A stretch of DNA of 64,000 nucleotides from assembly GCA_035368605.1 (NCBI GenBank), contig DAOSLF010000003.1, forward strand, positions 889 to 64,888, given 5' to 3'. Below, in pieces: positions 46,214 through 55,087 of this stretch. Positions within the stretch are counted from its first letter, which is position 1, and the number at the start of each line of letters is the position of its first letter. Below the pieces are notes generated by a model. The model ran no database searches. It was not told the DNA's origin and saw only the letters and a list, made by a program, of their open reading frames with translations. The position numbers and the translations under genes are program-made. The stretch is from Candidatus Omnitrophota bacterium (GTDB lineage: Bacteria; Omnitrophota; Omnitrophia; Omnitrophales; Aquincolibacteriaceae).

Positions 46214-46915
46214 ATGAAAAAGACACCTCAGATCACCAAGTCCCTTCTCAAGAAGTCATTCGGCCTGACGGTCAAAAAAGTCCCTCTTTACGAAGCCGCG
46301 CTGACACACCCTTCCTTCCGGCATGAAAACCAGATCAAGGCCAAACTCGAGGATTTCGACCGTCTGGAATTTCTCGGGGACTCGATCCTGAACGAAGTGA
46401 TCTGCCAGAGGATCTACGCGGATTTTCCGGACGCCGACGAGGGCATGCTTTCGAAGCTCCGGTCGATACTCGTTTCGCAGAAGATCCTCAGCCGCATCGC
46501 AGCAAAATTCAAGCTTCACAATCTGATCCGGCTCGGGAACAGCCTGGGCCAGGCCATGAAAACGCCGTATAAATTCAAACTGATGACAGACTCGATGGAA
46601 TCGATCTTTGCGGCGGTCTTTTTCGATCTCGGCCGGAAAAAAACGGAGGCATTCATCCTGAAACATTACGCGGAATATATCGACGCCAAACGGCTATTCC
46701 GCCTTGATCCCAACCCGAAGAGCACGCTCCAGGAACTGACGCTCAAGAAATGGCAGAAACTTCCCCAATACACCCACAAGTTCGGTCCGAAAGGCGTGAC
46801 TACGACAGTGTCCATAGACCGCCGGCGCAAGGCTTCGGGATTTCACAAGATCAAGAAGGAATCGGAGCTGAAGGCGGCACGGGCCCTTCTGAAACTTCTC
46901 CGGCAGGAACAATAA
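46214..46915 (+). CDS. rnc: ribonuclease III
   Basis: RNase III signature ERLEFLGDSILN, the catalytic domain and a C-terminal dsRBD. Start ambiguous. The ORF track starts at TTG 46172, and ATGs sit at 46205 and 46214. 46214 (MKKTPQITKSLLKK...) is chosen because the predicted promoter lies inside the longer frame and there is no SD. The resulting N-terminal length matches typical RNase III. Confidence 0.8.
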   Translation: MKKTPQITKSLLKKSFGLTVKKVPLYEAALTHPSFRHENQIKAKLEDFDRLEFLGDSILNEVICQRIYADFPDADEGMLSKLRSILVSQKILSRIAAKFKLHNLIRLGNSLGQAMKTPYKFKLMTDSMESIFAAVFFDLGRKKTEAFILKHYAEYIDAKRLFRLDPNPKSTLQELTLKKWQKLPQYTHKFGPKGVTTTVSIDRRRKASGFHKIKKESELKAARALLKLLRQEQ

Positions 46916-46957
46916 TGGGGTCAGTCACCGTTTCCCTAAAACGGTGACTGACCCCAT
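46915..46957. repeat. element B copy 2: 43-nt hairpin (19-bp stem, loop CCCTA) between convergent rnc and asmA-like stops; bidirectional terminator-like
   Basis: atggggtcagtcaccgttt-cccta-aaacggtgactgaccccat. It differs from copy 1 by a compensatory A:T to G:C change in the stem and one loop substitution. It overlaps the rnc stop codon by 1 nt and ends 4 nt before the asmA-like stop. Confidence 0.8.
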
Positions 46958-46961
46958 TATT

Positions 46962-49445
46962 CTAATCCAGAACGAGTTCGAAAAGGAGAGCGCGGGCTTT
47001 TTTGTTCCGGATCTTTTCGACGAGTTCTTCGACTTGCGCGGGGTCCGGTTTGATTTCGGGAGCGGATAAGGGGCCCGTGACCAGCATCGTGATCGGCCCC
47101 AGATGGGCACGCGTTTCCCTCCGAAAGGTTCCAGCCATCTCCGGAAAAATCTCCGCGGCAAGGGTCGTCGGAAAAAAAACATCCCACCGGAAATTCGTCA
47201 GGCCATCGAAACCAAGCGTACCTTCCCCAGCCACGACATAATCGGAACCCCTGGTCAGGAAGTTATCCGTCATGACCTTGCCGTCGAACAGACTCCAATT
47301 GAAATCCAGTTCGCTGAACGCGCCCGGGTCTTTCAACCGTTCACGGATACCGGAGAAAGGCGTAATAGTCGCCACAGCGCCGGGCAGATCAATGAAATTG
47401 ACCCGGCCGTTCGAAAGAGTAAAACGACCCTTTCCGCCGAGCAAACCAGCCCAGTTGTCTTTCCCCCAGCCATTTCCATGCAATGAGAACTTCAGGGTAA
47501 GCGATCCCGTCATCGGCGGCTGTTCCTGGCCCGAGCGGGTCAGAAAGGATGCAAAGTCCAGCCCCTTGGCCTCGCCTTCACAAAGGTACCCGATCGGTTT
47601 GGCTGAAAGGTCCAGCGACCCCGCCAGATCCAGCATTCCGCCATAAACCTGGGCGTGGAACTTGGGAACATCCCATTGCCCGTCCGAATAAGCCAGTTCC
47701 GCCGAAAAATCCTTGAGCGTCTGCCCCGAGGGGAACAAGTCTCCGATCGAGGTCTTCACATGGTCGAGCACGTCCCTGCCGGAGGCGAGATCGGCCTTTT
47801 TCCGGAAAAGCGCCATGACCGCGTCCCAGAATTCTTCCACTCGCAATTCCCCCGAAGAAAGACGGGCCCAGACCGCACTCTTCACACCCGGCTGGGTGAC
47901 CTTCAGGTCCGCGACCAGAGCGCTCCCTCCGATCTCGAACTTCATCTCCCGCCCTTCGAGCATGAGCGGGCTGTAATCGAAGGAAAAATTCGCGTTCCCG
48001 ACGCCCTTGCCGTCCTTGCCCGTCAAAGCGCCGTTCTCGATCGTCACATGAAAGATCTGCTCGGTCTTGTCAAAATGCCGGAGGTCCCCTTTCCAGTTCG
48101 CAAGCAACTTGGCATCACCGCGGACCTGGTATCCCTGGAGGGCGGGAACGAATTTCTCCCAGCCCGTCATGGAGAATTTGTTGGTCAGGAGATTCAACTG
48201 GCCGATGGCCGTCGCCATATCAAGGTCGGTCAGGTTCCCTTTGAGCGACATCTCCTGGAACCGCACGGAGAAATCTCCCGAAAGCACCGATCCCTTTTGG
48301 ACAAGATAATCAAAGGTCACGAGGAACGGAACATCCTTTGGCTTCGCGAAATAATTCCCGTATGTAAGAAGCGCAGGGCCGAAATCGAGATTAAGGTGGA
48401 GCGAAAGATGATCGAGGGTTCCTTCCAGGCTCAGGTTCCATTGGCTCATCCCCGAAAAACCAATCTGGAGCGGGAGGGCGTTCTCGACTCCGGGCCAGCA
48501 GGTGACGAGCTTTTCAAGCGCCACTTCCCTGGATGTAAAAAAGAGGCTTGGAATCTCACCCGTCCCGAGCTTGACGGTGCCGTTCGACTCGACCACCCCG
48601 AACGGGAAACGGAAAGAGGATTGGCTGACGGTCAGTTCCTCTGCCGACGCATTCCAGGCGCCGGTGATGTCCATATCGAGATCAAAAGGTTCCGGAGCAT
48701 TCCATAGTTGGCCGTTCAAAACCTCATAACTCAGCCCCACGATCCGCCCGGTCCCCGAGAAATTCATCGCGGCAACCTCGGGCTGTTTTTTGACCTCAAA
48801 GGAACCGTCCAGGATACCGTTCTTGAAAGCAAAAAAACGTCCCGCCTCACCCGCCATTTTTCCGGGGTTCACAAGCGGAAGTCCCTTGAAATCGATCAAT
48901 AACCGGACATTCGTTTTATTCCAGTCCGGTTTTTCGACCGACGGAATGACCACATGGCCTTTGACGCCAAGCGCTTCGGCCCGGTCACCGACATCGCTGG
49001 TCATCTGGACCGGGATGGGAAGGTTCGGGCGGATCGCACCCATTTTCAGCGCGACGTTGCGGAACTGGAGCGGACCGAGCACCGGGAACCAGGGAATGCC
49101 GGCATCAGCCTGGCCGCCGAAGACACAGATGCCGGACGGCTCAACCCTGCCCCACGCCATCGGGATGATATTGAAATCAAAACGTATCGAATCCGCGCGG
49201 ATCGTCGCGGATCCGTCCGTGAACGTCAGGGAAGGTTTCAAGAGAGAAATGGCCGGCTGCGGAAGGAATTTGATCTCGATCCCGTCATGGGAGACGAGCC
49301 CGCCGGAGACATTCTGGATTTTCTGGATGAGATAATCCTGAACCCTGGGCGAGCGGAGGAGACGATCGGACTGGAACCAGACAAAAGCGGCAAAGGCGAC
49401 CGCGGCGAGGAAAAGTAACAGGAAAAAGCGTGCGCCTTTCTTCAT
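46962..49445 (-). CDS. AsmA-family outer-membrane assembly/lipid-transport-like protein
   Basis: 827 aa. Single N-terminal TM (MKKGARFFLLLFLAAVAFAAFVWF) followed by a long beta-rich periplasmic region with AsmA-like N- and C-terminal segments. Confidence 0.6.
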   Translation of the reverse strand: MKKGARFFLLLFLAAVAFAAFVWFQSDRLLRSPRVQDYLIQKIQNVSGGLVSHDGIEIKFLPQPAISLLKPSLTFTDGSATIRADSIRFDFNIIPMAWGRVEPSGICVFGGQADAGIPWFPVLGPLQFRNVALKMGAIRPNLPIPVQMTSDVGDRAEALGVKGHVVIPSVEKPDWNKTNVRLLIDFKGLPLVNPGKMAGEAGRFFAFKNGILDGSFEVKKQPEVAAMNFSGTGRIVGLSYEVLNGQLWNAPEPFDLDMDITGAWNASAEELTVSQSSFRFPFGVVESNGTVKLGTGEIPSLFFTSREVALEKLVTCWPGVENALPLQIGFSGMSQWNLSLEGTLDHLSLHLNLDFGPALLTYGNYFAKPKDVPFLVTFDYLVQKGSVLSGDFSVRFQEMSLKGNLTDLDMATAIGQLNLLTNKFSMTGWEKFVPALQGYQVRGDAKLLANWKGDLRHFDKTEQIFHVTIENGALTGKDGKGVGNANFSFDYSPLMLEGREMKFEIGGSALVADLKVTQPGVKSAVWARLSSGELRVEEFWDAVMALFRKKADLASGRDVLDHVKTSIGDLFPSGQTLKDFSAELAYSDGQWDVPKFHAQVYGGMLDLAGSLDLSAKPIGYLCEGEAKGLDFASFLTRSGQEQPPMTGSLTLKFSLHGNGWGKDNWAGLLGGKGRFTLSNGRVNFIDLPGAVATITPFSGIRERLKDPGAFSELDFNWSLFDGKVMTDNFLTRGSDYVVAGEGTLGFDGLTNFRWDVFFPTTLAAEIFPEMAGTFRRETRAHLGPITMLVTGPLSAPEIKPDPAQVEELVEKIRNKKARALLFELVLD

Positions 49446-49496
49446 GCGGGCCGTCCTCGTATTAAATGACCGGTGACCTTCCGGAGCCAGCGACGG

Positions 49497-49627
49497 GCAT
49501 CAATAAGCGTTGCTGCTCATCTGGGACCCGCCGAGCGGCGAATAATTGTAATCCTGCAAAAACTGCTGGCAACCTGAACAGACCCATCCCAGCAGAACAA
49601 TCAGGGACAGGATCAGGAACTGACGCA
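49497..49627 (-). CDS. possible small lipoprotein (43 aa) immediately downstream of rpsI
   Basis: My translation is MRQFLILSLIVLLGWVCSGCQQFLQDYNYSPLGGSQMSSNAY. The ATG overlaps the rpsI TAA by 1 nt (TAATG). Lipobox-like VCSGC. Below the ORF-track length cutoff. Coordinates are approximate. Confidence 0.3.
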
Positions 49628-50020
49628 TTAACGCTTCGTATACTGGAAGCGACGGCGAGCGCCTTTGCGGCCAGCCTTTTTGCGCTCTTTTTCGCGGGGG
49701 TCGCGAGTAAGATAACCACCCTGACGCAACGTCGAGCGGCTGTCGGCGTTCAGTTCAAGAAGCGCTCTGGCGATCCCGAGACGGACCGCACCCGCCTGGC
49801 CCGCCGTTCCGCCGCCATCAACACGGGCACGGATGCGGACCTGGCCGAGGAGGTTCACCGCCTTGAGCGGCTGCTCCACGACCATCTGCAAATTGGCGCG
49901 TTTGAGATATTTATCAGAATCCTGGCCGTTGATCTTGAACCCTTTCTGTCCGGGGAAAATCCAGACACGGGCGATCGCGGATTTTCTGCGGCCGGTCGCG
50001 TAAATGGGAGCTGTTGCCAT
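49628..50020 (-). CDS. rpsI: 30S ribosomal protein S9
   Basis: ...GGGTAGQAGAVRLGIARAL... with a C-terminal RRFQYTKR. Confidence 0.95.
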   Translation of the reverse strand: MATAPIYATGRRKSAIARVWIFPGQKGFKINGQDSDKYLKRANLQMVVEQPLKAVNLLGQVRIRARVDGGGTAGQAGAVRLGIARALLELNADSRSTLRQGGYLTRDPREKERKKAGRKGARRRFQYTKR

Positions 50021-50022
50021 CT

Positions 50023-50454
50023 TCAGGAAACCTCGATTTGAATCGGCTTTTGAGCCTTGTGGTTATAGTCAGGACCGGCGAACACGCGAAGACGTTTGGC
50101 CATCACATCCCCGTTCCGGGTCTTGGGAAGCATGCGGGTCACGGCCTTCGTGATAACATCGGCCGGCTTTTTCTCCATGAGCTCTTCGAGCGTCACTGAG
50201 TGAAAGCCGCCGGAATACCCGGACCAGCGGGTGTAGACCTTCTGTTCTTTTTTTTTGCCGGTCACGCGGATTTTCGCGGCATTGATCACGATGACCTGAT
50301 CGCCCGTAATCTGATCTTTCGCAAAGCAAGCCTTGCCTTTCCCGATCAGAAGGGACGCTGCCTTCGTGGCCAGACGCCCGAGGGTCTTCCCCGATGCGTC
50401 GATGAGATAAACCTTGCGGTTGATGTCCTTTTCCTTAGGAATAAACGTTTTCAT
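50023..50454 (-). CDS. rplM: 50S ribosomal protein L13
   Basis: MKTFIPKEKDINRKVYLIDASGKTLGRLAT... is the canonical L13 N-terminus. Confidence 0.95.
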   Translation of the reverse strand: MKTFIPKEKDINRKVYLIDASGKTLGRLATKAASLLIGKGKACFAKDQITGDQVIVINAAKIRVTGKKKEQKVYTRWSGYSGGFHSVTLEELMEKKPADVITKAVTRMLPKTRNGDVMAKRLRVFAGPDYNHKAQKPIQIEVS

Positions 50455-50613
50455 AACTCTCTTCTCTTGAATGAATTGGCACCGCTTCTCCTGTTCTACA
50501 GGCTAGCGTCGCAACGCCATTTACCCATAAAATCACACGGAAAACAGTGTTAGGGAAAAATCACTACGGAGGAAATCTTCCCGCGACTCGAAGTGTCCCG
50601 AAAAAGTTCGCAG

Positions 50614-50642
50614 AGTATACCAAAGCACCCCTGCGGTGTCAA
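50614..50642 (-). promoter_or_regulatory. putative sigma70 promoter of rplM-rpsI (TTGACA-17-TATACT)
   Basis: The minus strand reads TTGACAccgcaggggtgctttggTATACT about 160 nt upstream of the rplM ATG. Confidence 0.5.
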
Positions 50643-50699
50643 ACGTTTACCCTCTTTTTTTTATTGGACGGACCGGAAGACACGACCGCCAAAAACTCC

Positions 50700-50742
50700 C
50701 GGAAATATTCGCAAATGACCCCGAACCCGAAGGTCCGGGGTC
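50700..50742 (-). terminator. rho-independent terminator of the giant repeat-protein gene (UUCG-loop hairpin)
   Basis: Minus-strand RNA: gaccccggacc-UUCG-gguucgggguc (one G.U), followed by auuugcgaauauuu. It begins ~33 nt after the stop at 50775. Confidence 0.6.
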
Positions 50743-50774
50743 ATTCACAGCCGTCCCGTCCGAAGATCCCACCA

Positions 50775-53700
50775 TTACTGTTTAAAGGAAGCCCACTTCC
50801 TCGTGACCGGATCATAGCTTTTCAGCACGGATCTCCTTCCGGACTTAACCGTATAGATCTCTTTCAGGCCGGTAGCCGTCATGACGTAATAGAGCCCCGA
50901 GCGGTATCCCCTCCGGTCCTGCGAGCTCGGCTTCTCGGAAACCGCGCCCGTCGTAAGGTTCATGACCCGGACCTTGTTTCCTGAGATCGTCTGATACGCC
51001 AACGTCGCAAGCGACGGAACGGCGGTCCATCCCGCAGGGATGGGCCGCGGCACGATCTTGAGCGTGTTCATGTCGACCCAGGTCTGCGAGCCGTTCGTTT
51101 TGGTGATCACTGCGTTCATTCCTTCAAAAACAACCGACTTTGCCGCTCCGGAGACCCTCAGCTTTTGGGTCGCGTCCGCGATCTTTTGCACATAGATACT
51201 TCTCGGAGCAATGCCGTAGACCACGGTTGCGCCGTCAGGAGAAACGTCATAGACGCTGCTGACCGGAACCGTCGAATACCGCCCCCCTTTATAAACCTTG
51301 AATAGTACCTTCGACTCTCCTGTCTTCAGATCCAGCAGGATCAGCTTGCTATATCTATTCACGGTCTCGATCTTGAACGCGTAGTTCACGTTCGATGCCG
51401 CCCGAGTCCAGCCGGCGGGCAAAGGAGGATCCATCAACTGCAGCGTGTCGAGATCCACATACTTTGTTTCCACCGCTCCGCCCGAATGCGTGACCGTGCA
51501 GACCGCGACACTTCCCCGGTACTCCACAGCGGTTACGGCTCCCGAAAGCGTCATTTGCGCGGCAGTTCCCAGATTGATGATGAAGGTCTTGCTGTAATCC
51601 GCATCCCCGTTGCCGGTCGCGGAAACACCGACCGTCAGAACGGTCTTCCCGGAGGGCGTCCGGTACACATCGATCGTTCGATACGAACCCGACCCCGAAC
51701 TCCCGCCCGCCGCCTGGCTCGCCGGATAAAAAATCTTGACCGGCGTCAGAACCAGGTGCTCCGTCCCGGCGGAAGCATCATAGACAAACACTTCGTAGGT
51801 GTTGCTGTAGGTGATCTTCGTCGGAACAATGAGATACCCCTCATCCAGCACCGCATCCGCCTGCTCGAGAAGCGTGTGGTGAGACAAAGTGCTTGCGAGG
51901 GTCGTTTGATCCACCACATAAACATCCCCGATCCGGGTGCCGTTCCGGTAAGCCGTAGCCATTACCACCGAAACATTCCCGTCAGAGAGAAAACCGACGC
52001 TCTGGGGAATACCCGTGATGTCCGCATGTTTCGTGGCATCACCAACCTGCTGAACACGCAGCCAGCCCGTTGCCGGGGTGGCGTAATCGTTCCGCACGCC
52101 GAAATAAACCAGCTCGCCGCTCGGGGAAATGTCCATCGAGGTATAACTGTTCGGCGGCGATTGGAGAGAATAGAGTTCCCGGATCTCGCCGGTCCCGAGG
52201 TCCTGGATTTTTAATCTCGTGTAGTTGCCATGATTGTCCGGATTGATCCAATCCTCGGTCATAAACGCATAATTCGCATTACCCGCCGCCCGAGTCCAGC
52301 CGGCGGGCAAAGGAGGATCCATCAACTGCAGCGTGTCGAGATCCACATACTTTGTTTCCACCGCTCCGCCCGAATGCGTGACCGTGCAGACCGCGACACT
52401 TCCCCGGTACTCCACAGCGGTTACGGCTCCCGAAAGCGTCATTTGCGCGGCAGTTCCCAGATTGATGATGAAGGTCTTGCTGTAATCCGCATCCCCGTTG
52501 CCGGTCGCGGAAACACCGACCGTCAGAACGGTCTTCCCGGAGGGCGTCCGGTACACATCGATCGTTCGATACGAACCCGACCCCGAACTCCCGCCCGCCG
52601 CCTGGCTCGCCGGATAAAAAATCTTGACCGGCGTCAGAACCAGGTGCTCCGTCCCGGCGGAAGCATCATAGACAAACACTTCGTAGGTGTTGCTGTAGGT
52701 GATCTTCGTCGGAACAATGAGATACCCCTCATCCAGCACCGCATCCGCCTGCTCGAGAAGCGTGTGGTGAGACAAAGTGCTTGCGAGGGTCGTTTGATCC
52801 ACCACATAAACATCCCCGATCCGGGTGCCGTTCCGGTAAGCCGTAGCCATTACCACCGAAACATTCCCGTCAGAGAGAAAACCGACGCTCTGGGGAATAC
52901 CCGTGATGTCCGCATGTTTCGTGGCATCACCAACCTGCTGAACACGCAGCCAGCCCGTTGCCGGGGTGGCGTAATCGTTCCGCACGCCGAAATAAACCAG
53001 CTCGCCGCTCGGGGAAATGTCCATCGAGGTATAACTGTTCGGCGGCGATTGGAGAGAATAGAGTTCCCGGATCTCGCCGGTCCCGAGGTCCTGGATTTTT
53101 AATCTCGTGTAGTTGTTACGATTGTCCGGATTGATCCAATCCTCGGTCGCAAAAGCATAATTCGCATTACTCGCCGCTCGAGTCCAGCCCTGGGGGATTG
53201 CCGGGACATGATAAAGGTCCATCGTCCCCTGGAGGCCTATCCCCTCAATGATGACATAGATCGTTCGCACTTTCGAAAGATCGACCTGCTGGAACAGTGT
53301 CGCGGGAATCCGGTAAATGTTTTCCTCGCCGGATTCGATACCCGTCAAATGGACAAAAGCCTTCTGGTCATTTGCGTCCACAAATTCCAGTTTGATGGTT
53401 CCGGCGGTTCCCTTGAGCCCGAAAACAAACTCACTGAAACCGCTGAGGTCGTTCGTTTCAATCTCCGGAGTTCCGTAATGGTCGAACGTCAATCCCCCGC
53501 CAGCCCAACCGAATATGCCTGTGTTGTAGGTGAAAGAGCCCCCTCGGCCGTGCGCCGTCGCGGCGGCATTCGCATCCCCTCCATAAATCACCGTGATCAC
53601 CGGATTCCCGGGCAGGGGCGTCAGATTCTCGGAGGTCAGGAAAGTATCCGGGAGGATTTTCGGCTTGTAAGGATGTTCTCCCAACCGCACCTGGAGTTCC

Positions 53701-54917
53701 CCTGTCGGCTGCGAGACGCCATGGCTCTCCACGACCACGTTGATGTTCGTGATCCGGTGGAGGTCGAGCCCGGGATTGTTCGCGAGAAGTTCGCTCATCG
53801 GTATCGCGTAAAACTGCTCCGATGTTCCGACATCCGCCAGATGGACGACCCCCTTGTTCCGGGCCGCATCCTCAAATTCCACCTTGATCCGCCCGCTACC
53901 GCTCGACAGCCTGAGGCCCAGCACAAGGTTCGCCATTCCGGTCAAATCCCTGGACTCCACCGCCGGCGTCCTGTAATCATCGAATGACGTCACCCCCGCC
54001 GCCCAGCCGGCGCTCGGCGGCAGAGCGTAAGAGAGCGTGTAAAGCGATGAACTCTGCTGCGAAACCTCTCCAAAGGCGCCTTCGGGGCCCGCGACATCGA
54101 TCAGATGATGGATTCCGGAAAAAGTGCTCACGTCTGCCGGTGTCAGGGCCGGATTGGAAACGACCACCGGCGTATACGCCAAGCCCGCGGTCTCGATCTC
54201 GACCGTGCCGCTGGATCCCGCGTTCGCCTTATCCGCAACAAAAACGATCTCGCGAATCCGGGTCGCATCAAGCTGCGGGGAAAGCGTCTGGAGCGTGGTG
54301 GAAGAAATAACGTAATTTTTGAAATCGCTGGTGAGGGTGAGCGGAACAGTGGCCACATGATTCGAGACATCTTTGATCTCCAGCTTGAGCGTGGCGTCCG
54401 GGGTCCCTTTAGCCGCGACCGTCAGCCCGGAGGCTGAAAGATTCATCGGAGCCGACCCGGAGAGATAAACGAACGCGAAATCATCGCTGTCCAGGTTGCT
54501 GTATTGCATCTGGATGTTTCGGGAAGAGGTCTGATGGACCTGAAGAGTCCCGCTCACCACAGTTTCCCCGCTGCCGACGCCGGATCCGATCACCGGTCTG
54601 TCAGGCAACACGGTAATCCGGGAAGGATCATAGGCGGCCGTTGTGAAATTCTGCGTATCGCTTGCTGCCGACAAGGGGCTAACGCTTTGAGTAACAGAAC
54701 CGGAAGGAACGGCTTTCGTATCAGAAACCGTTTTTGAATTCGCCTCCGCAAGGGTCCTCGTCCGGATATGGTCGCGCCCGGTCAAATACCCATGGGCCGC
54801 GAAGGAAGTGGGCACAGGAATCCCGTTAAAAATAAAAAGGACGGTTACGAGATACGCAACCGTCCTTTGCATAAGTCCGTTTTTGACACCTCTAATTTCA
54901 TTTTTCTGTGCGTCCAT
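50775..54917 (-). CDS. giant (1380 aa) secreted protein with beta-propeller-like (TolB/WD40-like) repeats and ~296-aa tandem repeat units
   Basis: Signal peptide (…VAYLVTVLFIFNGIPVPTSFAAHG). AAGGGGTG SD. Contains two nearly identical ~296-aa units (PAGWTRAA.NANYAF.TEDWINPDN...SMDISPSGELVYFGVRNDYATPATGWLRVQQ...) followed by diverged copies 3 and 4. DISPSGELVYF and DVSPDGATVVYG resemble TolB-type propeller blades. Confidence 0.6.
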   Translation of the reverse strand: MDAQKNEIRGVKNGLMQRTVAYLVTVLFIFNGIPVPTSFAAHGYLTGRDHIRTRTLAEANSKTVSDTKAVPSGSVTQSVSPLSAASDTQNFTTAAYDPSRITVLPDRPVIGSGVGSGETVVSGTLQVHQTSSRNIQMQYSNLDSDDFAFVYLSGSAPMNLSASGLTVAAKGTPDATLKLEIKDVSNHVATVPLTLTSDFKNYVISSTTLQTLSPQLDATRIREIVFVADKANAGSSGTVEIETAGLAYTPVVVSNPALTPADVSTFSGIHHLIDVAGPEGAFGEVSQQSSSLYTLSYALPPSAGWAAGVTSFDDYRTPAVESRDLTGMANLVLGLRLSSGSGRIKVEFEDAARNKGVVHLADVGTSEQFYAIPMSELLANNPGLDLHRITNINVVVESHGVSQPTGELQVRLGEHPYKPKILPDTFLTSENLTPLPGNPVITVIYGGDANAAATAHGRGGSFTYNTGIFGWAGGGLTFDHYGTPEIETNDLSGFSEFVFGLKGTAGTIKLEFVDANDQKAFVHLTGIESGEENIYRIPATLFQQVDLSKVRTIYVIIEGIGLQGTMDLYHVPAIPQGWTRAASNANYAFATEDWINPDNRNNYTRLKIQDLGTGEIRELYSLQSPPNSYTSMDISPSGELVYFGVRNDYATPATGWLRVQQVGDATKHADITGIPQSVGFLSDGNVSVVMATAYRNGTRIGDVYVVDQTTLASTLSHHTLLEQADAVLDEGYLIVPTKITYSNTYEVFVYDASAGTEHLVLTPVKIFYPASQAAGGSSGSGSYRTIDVYRTPSGKTVLTVGVSATGNGDADYSKTFIINLGTAAQMTLSGAVTAVEYRGSVAVCTVTHSGGAVETKYVDLDTLQLMDPPLPAGWTRAAGNANYAFMTEDWINPDNHGNYTRLKIQDLGTGEIRELYSLQSPPNSYTSMDISPSGELVYFGVRNDYATPATGWLRVQQVGDATKHADITGIPQSVGFLSDGNVSVVMATAYRNGTRIGDVYVVDQTTLASTLSHHTLLEQADAVLDEGYLIVPTKITYSNTYEVFVYDASAGTEHLVLTPVKIFYPASQAAGGSSGSGSYRTIDVYRTPSGKTVLTVGVSATGNGDADYSKTFIINLGTAAQMTLSGAVTAVEYRGSVAVCTVTHSGGAVETKYVDLDTLQLMDPPLPAGWTRAASNVNYAFKIETVNRYSKLILLDLKTGESKVLFKVYKGGRYSTVPVSSVYDVSPDGATVVYGIAPRSIYVQKIADATQKLRVSGAAKSVVFEGMNAVITKTNGSQTWVDMNTLKIVPRPIPAGWTAVPSLATLAYQTISGNKVRVMNLTTGAVSEKPSSQDRRGYRSGLYYVMTATGLKEIYTVKSGRRSVLKSYDPVTRKWASFKQ
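51401..53176. repeat. two tandem copies of an 888-bp unit (near-100% identical) inside the giant propeller-repeat gene
   Basis: Period 888 nt (cccgagtccagcc... begins at 51401, 52289 and, diverged, at 53177). The antisense ORFs 51486..52214 and 52374..53102 translate identically over 242 aa, which means at least 726 nt of exact identity. A few substitutions lie near one unit edge. Confidence 0.85.
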
Positions 54918-55021
54918 GACCGCACCCCCTTGTTTTCATTTTTTTATATCCTTAAAGCTCATCATTAAATTCTTTTTTAAATATCTTTAAAAGTATTCCA
55001 AAAAAACCGTCGGCAAGCCGA

Positions 55022-55049
55022 ATATTAACACATTTTAATCCAATGTCAA
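55022..55049 (-). promoter_or_regulatory. putative strong sigma70 promoter (TTGACA-16-TGtTAATAT, extended -10) in AT-rich region upstream of giant repeat-protein gene
   Basis: The minus strand reads TTGACAttggattaaaatgtgtTAATAT about 100 nt upstream of the ATG at 54917. It lies within a 170-bp AT-rich intergenic stretch (54918-55087). Confidence 0.5.
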
Positions 55050-55087
55050 GGCGCGGATATTTCTTGCTATGAAAAACACCACTTCCG

